Source of the DNA: an uncultured Alphaproteobacteria bacterium
Lineage (GTDB): Bacteria > Pseudomonadota > Alphaproteobacteria > HIMB59 > GCA-002718135
Length of the DNA: 64,000 bases
Direction: 5' to 3'
Assembly: GCA_902553005.1 (NCBI GenBank)
Contig: CACDIK010000003.1
Coordinates: forward strand, 3,113 to 67,112
Below the pieces are notes generated by a model. The model made no database searches and was not told the DNA's origin. It saw only the letters and a list, made by a program, of their open reading frames with translations. The position numbers and the translations under genes are program-made. Shown here piece after piece: positions 58,170 to 64,000 of the stretch; position 1 is the first letter of the stretch; each line of letters starts with the position of its first letter.

Positions 58170-59062
58170 TGGAAGCTAAACAGTATATTGGGGAAGGTTG
58201 GAAACATGCAATATTGATTATTGGTGCAATTGTTGTGTTGTTGCCTTTTTATATGATGGTTTCAATGTCATTAAAATCTCAACAAGAAATTCAATCTATT
58301 TCTGGAGGTCTCATTGGTGCACAAGAAACTCAAACATTTCCCGTATGTGTAAAAACTGGATACTCAGAAGAAGAATGCACAATGAAACCATATAAATACA
58401 ACTATTGGTTTGCTTTCGAAAAGGCTCCCATTCCAAGATACTTGATGAATGGTGTTATTGTAACTTTATCAATTTTTATCATTCAGGTTCTTGTAGCCTT
58501 ACCGTGTGCCTACGCTCTGGCCAAACTTAGATTTTATGGACGAGAGTTTGTTTTCTCCATGGTGTTATTTTGTTTGCTCATTCCAGTTCATGGAATTGCA
58601 CTTCCCCTTTACGTCATGCTTGCTCAGGCAGGTTTGGTCGATACCTATTCCGCCTTAATACTGCCCTGGACAATATCGGTGTTTGGAATTTTTCTAATGC
58701 GGCAATTCTTTATGACAGTCCCAGATGAATTAATTGACGCCGCCAGGATGGATGGAATGGGAGAGTATGCTATCGTCTGGAAAGTAATGCTTCCAACTGC
58801 GATACCAGCATTACTTGCCTTTGCTATTTTCTCAGTAGTTGCACACTGGAATGATTATTTCTGGCCTCGAATGGTAATTACTGGAAATAGAGATCTCTTT
58901 ACACCACCTCTTGGTATCAGAGAATTTAGAGGTGGAATTGATAGTGATGAGTTTGGTCCAATGATGGCTTCAATTGTTACAGTTACAGTGCCTCTCATTG
59001 TCGCTTTTATAATTGCGCAAAAAAGATTTATTGAAGGAATTACTTTAACAGGAATGAAGTAA
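58169..59062 (+). CDS. ABC transporter permease (MalG/UgpE-type)
   Basis: 297 aa with the EAA loop IDAARMDGMGEYAIVWKVMLP. Its start overlaps the previous stop. Confidence 0.85.
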   Translation: MEAKQYIGEGWKHAILIIGAIVVLLPFYMMVSMSLKSQQEIQSISGGLIGAQETQTFPVCVKTGYSEEECTMKPYKYNYWFAFEKAPIPRYLMNGVIVTLSIFIIQVLVALPCAYALAKLRFYGREFVFSMVLFCLLIPVHGIALPLYVMLAQAGLVDTYSALILPWTISVFGIFLMRQFFMTVPDELIDAARMDGMGEYAIVWKVMLPTAIPALLAFAIFSVVAHWNDYFWPRMVITGNRDLFTPPLGIREFRGGIDSDEFGPMMASIVTVTVPLIVAFIIAQKRFIEGITLTGMK

Positions 59063-59071
59063 GATAGTCTT

Positions 59072-59914
59072 TTGTCTATCAATTTTATTTTTCTTTTAAT
59101 TATTTTATCTGCACTGTGTCACGCTATTTGGAGCGCCATAATTAAATCAAGTAAGAACCCGTTATCACTAATGGGAATTACTTCTATCTTAGAAGTAGTC
59201 ATTTTTTTACCATTAACTTTTACTGTTCCATTTCCGTCAATGGAAGTTTGGTATTTTCTAATAGCAACTGTAATCATTCATGTCTTCTACAGACTAAATG
59301 TTATCTACTCATATAGGTATGGTGATCTCTCTTACATATATCCAATTTCTAGAGGAAGTTCATGTTTGTTTGTAGCGATCATTAGTATTTTATTTTTAAG
59401 TTCTGATATTAGTGTTGTTGGTTTCGTAGGAATATTAATTGTTTGTATTGGATTATTTTTAATTTCTTATTCTAAAAATTTATCTTTTAACATCAGAGGT
59501 TTTGCTCTGGCCATATCAACAGCTATTCTAATTACTGCTTACACTTTAGTTGACGGAGTCGGGGTGAGACTTTCTGAAAATGGTTTTTCCTATATTTACT
59601 GGCTCTTCACACTTAATGGAATACCTTTGCTAATTATTGGTTTGATCTCGAAAGATGGTTTACGAAAAAGAAAAACATACACATTTAGATCGGGGATTGC
59701 TGCTGGTGTATTTGCAACAAGTAGTTACGCAATTGTTGTTTGGAGTATGCAATTTATAGAAATAGCTTATGTCTCTAGTATTAGAGAAATAAGCATTGTG
59801 TTTGCTGCAATTATTGGAATGCTTTTCTTATTTGAGAAGAATGCAAAATCTCGAATAATACCTTCTATTTTAATAGTGAGTGGTATTTCGGTTGTTTATT
59901 TTCAAATTCTTTAG
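59072..59914 (+). CDS. DMT/EamA-like 10-TM transporter
   Basis: 280 aa with a TTG start and a two-fold repeat of five hydrophobic helices. It begins 9 nt after the permease stop. Confidence 0.6.
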   Translation: MSINFIFLLIILSALCHAIWSAIIKSSKNPLSLMGITSILEVVIFLPLTFTVPFPSMEVWYFLIATVIIHVFYRLNVIYSYRYGDLSYIYPISRGSSCLFVAIISILFLSSDISVVGFVGILIVCIGLFLISYSKNLSFNIRGFALAISTAILITAYTLVDGVGVRLSENGFSYIYWLFTLNGIPLLIIGLISKDGLRKRKTYTFRSGIAAGVFATSSYAIVVWSMQFIEIAYVSSIREISIVFAAIIGMLFLFEKNAKSRIIPSILIVSGISVVYFQIL

Positions 59915-59949
59915 TTAAAAAACATAGACATTTTGGGTTAAAATTTTAT

Positions 59950-60120
59950 ATGAGTTTTATGGCAGATGATATTGTTGAAGTTGATCCTAAAACTGAAACT
60001 ATCTCTTGCGATGGCGGTGAAGATGGTTTAGGACATCCCGCAGTTTATTATACCTTTAACAATGAGAACAAAATTGTCTGTGGTTATTGTGGTAAAATAT
60101 TTATAAGAAAAGAAGATTAA
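59950..60120 (+). CDS. Small zinc-finger protein (CHCC-type, NDUFS6-like)
   Basis: This ORF is not in the supplied track because it is under 60 aa. It reads MSFMADDIVEVDPKTETISCDGGEDGLGHPAVYYTFNNENKIVCGYCGKIFIRKED*, and the C-x7-H...C-x2-C pattern is typical of this conserved alphaproteobacterial family. Confidence 0.65.
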   Translation: MSFMADDIVEVDPKTETISCDGGEDGLGHPAVYYTFNNENKIVCGYCGKIFIRKED

Positions 60121-60121
60121 A

Positions 60122-60475
60122 ATGTATAAAGAATCCTGGGGTAGTAAAAGAACGTGTCCGTGTAATAAGATACAATATTATGATCTTAATTTAGATAAAA
60201 TGGATTGTCCTGAGTGTGGTAAAGAAATTGAAGTTACAACGCTAGCCAGACCACGTAGAGGAAGAAAACCAGGAAGTACAAATGCTGCACCTCTTGCAAA
60301 CCCAATTCCTCCAAAACCAAAAGAAAAAGATGATGATCTTGATATTGATAGTTTGGATGTAGATAACAATGAAGACAATCTTGAGGATGATACTGTTTTA
60401 TTAGAAGACGAAACAGAAATTGATCCAATAGCGGAAGGTATTAAACCTAAAGACGACGGCGAAGAAGAATACTAA
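60122..60475 (+). CDS. TIGR02300 (FYDLN_acid) family protein
   Basis: 117 aa with an N-terminal zinc ribbon (CPC...YYDLN...CPECG) and an acidic C-terminal tail. Confidence 0.7.
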   Translation: MYKESWGSKRTCPCNKIQYYDLNLDKMDCPECGKEIEVTTLARPRRGRKPGSTNAAPLANPIPPKPKEKDDDLDIDSLDVDNNEDNLEDDTVLLEDETEIDPIAEGIKPKDDGEEEY

Positions 60476-60497
60476 AATTTCAATAAAAATTTAGAAG

Positions 60498-61736
60498 ATG
60501 TTTAAGGTACTACAAAACACTTGGGCCCTTTTTTTTGGCTTTGCTTTAATTAGTCTTGGTCACGGTTTGCAAGGAACACTTATCGGTGTTCGTTCTGTTT
60601 TAGAAGGTTTTAGTTTTTTTGCATCAGGACTTATTATAGCTGGTTATTACGTTGGATACTTAACTGGCGCGTTAACAATTCCAATTTTTTTACAACGTGT
60701 TGGTCACATAAGAGTTTTTGCTGCTTTAGCATCGCTTGCTTCTATCGCTATATTATTACACTCCGTATTTGTTCATCCCTATTCATGGATGTTTATACGA
60801 ATATTAACTGGCTTAAGTCTAGCTGGAATATATGTAATCATGGAGAGTTGGTTAAATGAAAAATCAACTAATCAAACTCGCGGTCAATTACTTTCCGTTT
60901 ACATGATTATTACTTTTGTATTTGTTGGAGCAGGACAGTTTTTATTAAATTTAGGTGATCCAGCTAAAGTTGATTTATTTATTTTAGTATCAATCTTATT
61001 ATCGTTCGCACTTCTTCCTATTCTTTTGTCTTCAACAGAACAGCCTAATACAGAAAGTCCTAAATTTTTTTCTTTAAGAGAATTTTATACTGTTTCACCT
61101 TTAGGTTTTGTTGGTGCGTTAGCAACTGGTTTATCGCATAGTGCGGTTTTTGGGTACGGTGCAATTTATGCATCATCTATTAATTTAAGCTTATTTGAAA
61201 TTTCTCTGTATATGATGATTATAACGTCAGCTGGCGCCATATCTCAATGGCCTATTGGATATTTGTCAGATAGAATTGATAGACGTATTATTCTTATTGG
61301 TGTTTCTTTTATGGCTTCAGGTTTGAGTTTATTTTTTGTTTTTGCAAACTTTATGCCACTAACATTGTTCTTAATTGTTACCGGTCTTTTTTCAGTTGCA
61401 TGTTTACCAATGTATTCACTTACAGTTGCTCATACAAATGACTTCTTACAACCTAATGAGATAGTATCAGCAAGTGCAACCTTTGGTATACTTATTGGTA
61501 TTGGATCAATTATCGGACCTTTGTTTGTTTCTGGATTCATGGAAATTTTGGGAGCGGTAGGTTTTTACATCTATTTATTTTTAATACATGGACTGCTAGG
61601 ACTGTTTGGTTTGTATAGAATGACACAAAGAACTAAACCACGTGATCTTGAATCACAATACAATCCTTTACCACGAAATATTAGTCCTGCTGGTATGGAA
61701 ATGAACCCCGTTACTGAGCCAACTGAGGACGAGTAA
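60498..61736 (+). CDS. MFS transporter
   Basis: 412 aa with about 12 transmembrane segments and an MFS loop motif after TM2 (LQRVGHIRVF). Confidence 0.75.
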   Translation: MFKVLQNTWALFFGFALISLGHGLQGTLIGVRSVLEGFSFFASGLIIAGYYVGYLTGALTIPIFLQRVGHIRVFAALASLASIAILLHSVFVHPYSWMFIRILTGLSLAGIYVIMESWLNEKSTNQTRGQLLSVYMIITFVFVGAGQFLLNLGDPAKVDLFILVSILLSFALLPILLSSTEQPNTESPKFFSLREFYTVSPLGFVGALATGLSHSAVFGYGAIYASSINLSLFEISLYMMIITSAGAISQWPIGYLSDRIDRRIILIGVSFMASGLSLFFVFANFMPLTLFLIVTGLFSVACLPMYSLTVAHTNDFLQPNEIVSASATFGILIGIGSIIGPLFVSGFMEILGAVGFYIYLFLIHGLLGLFGLYRMTQRTKPRDLESQYNPLPRNISPAGMEMNPVTEPTEDE

Positions 61737-62316
61737 GTCTTTTAAATATTCTATGAAGTAATAAGAGGATAATTATTCCCATATAAATGACTGGTTCGGT
61801 TTTATCAGCACGAACTAAAACATAAAAATGCATACTAGCCAGAATGGCTACTGGGTAAATTAAATAATGAATTTTCTTCCATAATTTAAAACCTAATCGT
61901 TTAATCATATTGTTTGTTGAAGTGCTAGCAAGTGGGATTAAAAAAAGAAAACTTATAAAACCAAAAGTTATAAATGGTCTTTTTATAATATCTTGTATGA
62001 TAAATTGCATATCTAAAAAATGATCTAAAACTATGTAAGTGGAGAAATGCAAACAGACATAATAGAAAGCAAAAAGTCCAATCATTCTTCGTAATACAAC
62101 TATCGATTTTAAAGGTCTAATATTTGATAAAGTAGTAATCATAAGAGTTATTATTATTAATCTAAGTGCCATTAGACCTAACTCATCCATTAGTTTTTCA
62201 ATTGGATTTACTCCAAGATTTCCAGTAACAAATTGGTAAGCCCAGAGTAGACTAGGAAATAAAATTAAAATAAATAAGACAGGTTTACTGCGATTAAAAT
62301 TTCTTGTTGAAAACAT
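61711..62316 (-). CDS. msrQ: Protein-methionine-sulfoxide reductase heme-binding subunit
   Basis: 201 aa with a ferric-reductase-like transmembrane domain and conserved His residues. It is directly downstream of msrP. Confidence 0.8.
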   Translation of the reverse strand: MFSTRNFNRSKPVLFILILFPSLLWAYQFVTGNLGVNPIEKLMDELGLMALRLIIITLMITTLSNIRPLKSIVVLRRMIGLFAFYYVCLHFSTYIVLDHFLDMQFIIQDIIKRPFITFGFISFLFLIPLASTSTNNMIKRLGFKLWKKIHYLIYPVAILASMHFYVLVRADKTEPVIYMGIIILLLLHRIFKRLTRPQLAQ

Positions 62317-62319
62317 TCA

Positions 62320-63237
62320 TTAATAAAATTTAGTCAAATCTAAATCTTTATAGAGATGTGCTACTTCTTTTTCATAGCCATTAAACATAAGTGTTTCTCT
62401 TCTTTTAAACTCTCCAATTCGTCTCTCTGTCCCTTGACTCCACCTTGGATGATTAACATTAGGATTAACATTAGCATAAAAACCATATTCCCAAGGAGCT
62501 AGAGTTTCCCAAGATGTTTCAGGTTGAGTATCTAAAAATCTAATTTCCACAATTGATTTAATTGATTTGAAACCATACTTCCATGGAACAACTAATCTTA
62601 TGGGTGCACCATTTTGATTAGGCATTTCATGACCATACAATCCAGTTGCTAATATTGTTAAAGGATTCATTGCTTCATCCATTCGAAGTCCTTCTCTATA
62701 TGGCCAAATAATTGTTCTCTTTTGCTGACCTGGCATTTCTTCCGGTCTGAAGACAGTTACAAACTGAACATACTTTGCTGAACTTAAAGGTTCGGCCATT
62801 TTTATAAGTTCAGATAATTGAAAGCCTTGCCAAGGAATAACCATGGACCATGCTTCAACACATCTTAATCTATAAACTCTATCTTCTATCGTTACATTTG
62901 ATAAAATTTTTTCTAAGTCAAATGTTTGAGGTTTTTTCACAAGACCATCTATTTTTATTGTCCATGGTCTTGGTTTAAAATTTCCAGAATTTAAATGGGG
63001 ATGTTTTTTATGAGTCCCAAACTCATAAAAATTATTGTAGGTTGTGATTTCTTCGTAAGAATTAAGTTTATCGTTTTCATTTAGATTTTTAGTATAAATT
63101 GAAAGATCACTATCGTGGTTTGCAAATGCTGACGAGGTAACCGTTGCTAGCATAGCACTAGCTAATGATCCCTTTATAAACTTACGTCTATTTAAATATG
63201 TCTTATAGGGTGTGATTTCAGATCCTAAAATTTTCAT
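62320..63237 (-). CDS. msrP: Protein-methionine-sulfoxide reductase catalytic subunit (molybdopterin, Tat-exported)
   Basis: 305 aa with the Tat motif RRKFIKG, plus YNNFYEFG and CVEAWS, the YedY/MsrP signatures. Confidence 0.9.
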   Translation of the reverse strand: MKILGSEITPYKTYLNRRKFIKGSLASAMLATVTSSAFANHDSDLSIYTKNLNENDKLNSYEEITTYNNFYEFGTHKKHPHLNSGNFKPRPWTIKIDGLVKKPQTFDLEKILSNVTIEDRVYRLRCVEAWSMVIPWQGFQLSELIKMAEPLSSAKYVQFVTVFRPEEMPGQQKRTIIWPYREGLRMDEAMNPLTILATGLYGHEMPNQNGAPIRLVVPWKYGFKSIKSIVEIRFLDTQPETSWETLAPWEYGFYANVNPNVNHPRWSQGTERRIGEFKRRETLMFNGYEKEVAHLYKDLDLTKFY

Positions 63238-63288
63238 AGTAATAATATATATCTTAAATATTAAAATTGAAGATTTGCTTCAATAATC

Positions 63289-63696
63289 TTAGCTTTTAAA
63301 GTGGGAGTTATATTTATTTAGTATTTTTTCTGGCCATGTACTTTTGATAAATTCAAGAATGGACCAAACATCGTCATCTGATAACGCATCATTACCAAGC
63401 ATTTTACCTTCATAATCAGGATTTGATTTTTTAAAACCATATTTAATGACATGAAACAATTGTGCAGGAGAGTGGTGCCAAGTATGCCCAGTGCCATTAA
63501 GAGGAGGTGCTCTTCTATGACCATCTTCATCTAACGATTTATCCCACTCTTCATGACCTACTAAATTACCCATATGACAACCTGCACAATTTTCAGCATA
63601 TAGTTTCATACCTTTAAAAATATCAACTTCTGCTGCATGAATACTATGCCCAATACATAATACTATAAGTACCGAAATTAATTTAAGAGTTTGCAT
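63289..63696 (-). CDS. Periplasmic c-type cytochrome
   Basis: 135 aa with a signal peptide and a single heme motif, CAGCHMG. Confidence 0.8.
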   Translation of the reverse strand: MQTLKLISVLIVLCIGHSIHAAEVDIFKGMKLYAENCAGCHMGNLVGHEEWDKSLDEDGHRRAPPLNGTGHTWHHSPAQLFHVIKYGFKKSNPDYEGKMLGNDALSDDDVWSILEFIKSTWPEKILNKYNSHFKS

Positions 63697-63764
63697 TCTA
63701 TTTATATAATTTTTTAAATTTATATTTCATTACAAATCTGTCTTTTTTTTGATAGGATATATCT

Positions 63765-64000
63765 ATGAAAAAATTTCTAATCGCATTTGCCATTTTAACT
63801 TCAATAATTGCACTTAACAAACATGCATACAGTGAAAAGGTTCACGGTATTGCAATGCATGGAACACCAAAGTATGCCAGTGATTTTGAATATCTAGATT
63901 ATGTAAATCCAAACGCACCTAAAGGTGGAACGGTAAAATTTGGATCATATGGTTCTTTTGATAATTTAAATAGAGTAGCTTTTAAAGGTTCTAAAGCTGC
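63765..64000 (+). CDS. ABC transporter solute-binding protein, family 5 (YejA/oligopeptide-like), 5' part only
   Basis: It has a signal peptide (MKKFLIAFAILTSIIAL) and then HGIAMHGTPKY...YVNPNAPKGG, typical of YejA-like binding proteins. It runs off the end of the window. Confidence 0.6.
   Translation, partial: MKKFLIAFAILTSIIALNKHAYSEKVHGIAMHGTPKYASDFEYLDYVNPNAPKGGTVKFGSYGSFDNLNRVAFKGSKA

Noticed and set aside
29800-59900. Whether the phosphorus island is a mobile element, prophage or defence island.
   Set aside because: I saw no integrase, transposase, tRNA target, phage structural genes, restriction, toxin-antitoxin or CRISPR-like genes. The only recombination scar is the 198-bp direct repeat around the lipid cassette, which is reported separately.

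Overview
This is an AT-rich (about 30% GC by eye), very gene-dense window with many 1-40 nt gene overlaps and alphaproteobacterial gene order. It looks like a streamlined marine SAR11/Pelagibacterales-type genome; this assignment is inference and no search was run. I saw no rRNA, tRNA, CRISPR array, transposase or integrase.

Layout:
- 1-22.3 kb is core housekeeping: fabA'-fabB-fabI, ugpQ-like, pnp-rpsO-truB-rbfA-infB-nusA, trmB, lnt-corC-ybeY-phoH-miaB, rimI-tsaB, a deacetylase, a glucosaminidase, nfu, trpS and murJ.
- 22.3-29.8 kb is a complete alphaproteobacterial Pho locus, phoR-pstSCAB-phoU-phoB, preceded by a SET-domain gene.
- 29.8-59.9 kb is a phosphorus-stress accessory island.
- 59.9-64 kb returns to core-like genes: a zinc-ribbon protein, a TIGR02300-like protein, an MFS transporter, msrQP, cytochrome c and a family-5 binding protein.

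The island contains:
- Two diverged, inverted plcP-agt lipid-remodelling pairs. They flank a MIP channel and the polyphosphate genes ppx, sixA-like and ppk1.
- A 2.8-kb three-gene lipid cassette bracketed by a roughly 198-bp direct repeat. The left copy of that repeat holds a dead copy of the arsC 3' end.
- arsC, then a DUF47 protein with a PiT phosphate transporter.
- A PhnZ-like HD oxygenase with a Cys-phosphatase, divergent from phnW plus a ureidoglycolate-lyase-fold gene.
- Two UgpB-type ABC importers, one of which has no ATPase gene, and a GpdQ-like phosphodiesterase.
- phnA-phnY followed by an uncharacterised operon: binding protein, MetE-like Zn-transferase, Fe-alcohol dehydrogenase and a methyltransferase-fold protein.

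The best candidates for undescribed biology are the non-canonical phosphonate modules. One is a PhnZ-like enzyme with no 2OG hydroxylase partner. The other is the MetE-like/ADH/methyltransferase operon fused to the PhnY/PhnA route. The repeat-bracketed cassette and Pho-box-like 7-4-7 direct repeats at several island promoters are also worth follow-up. All functional calls rest on motif and synteny recognition by eye, not on database searches.
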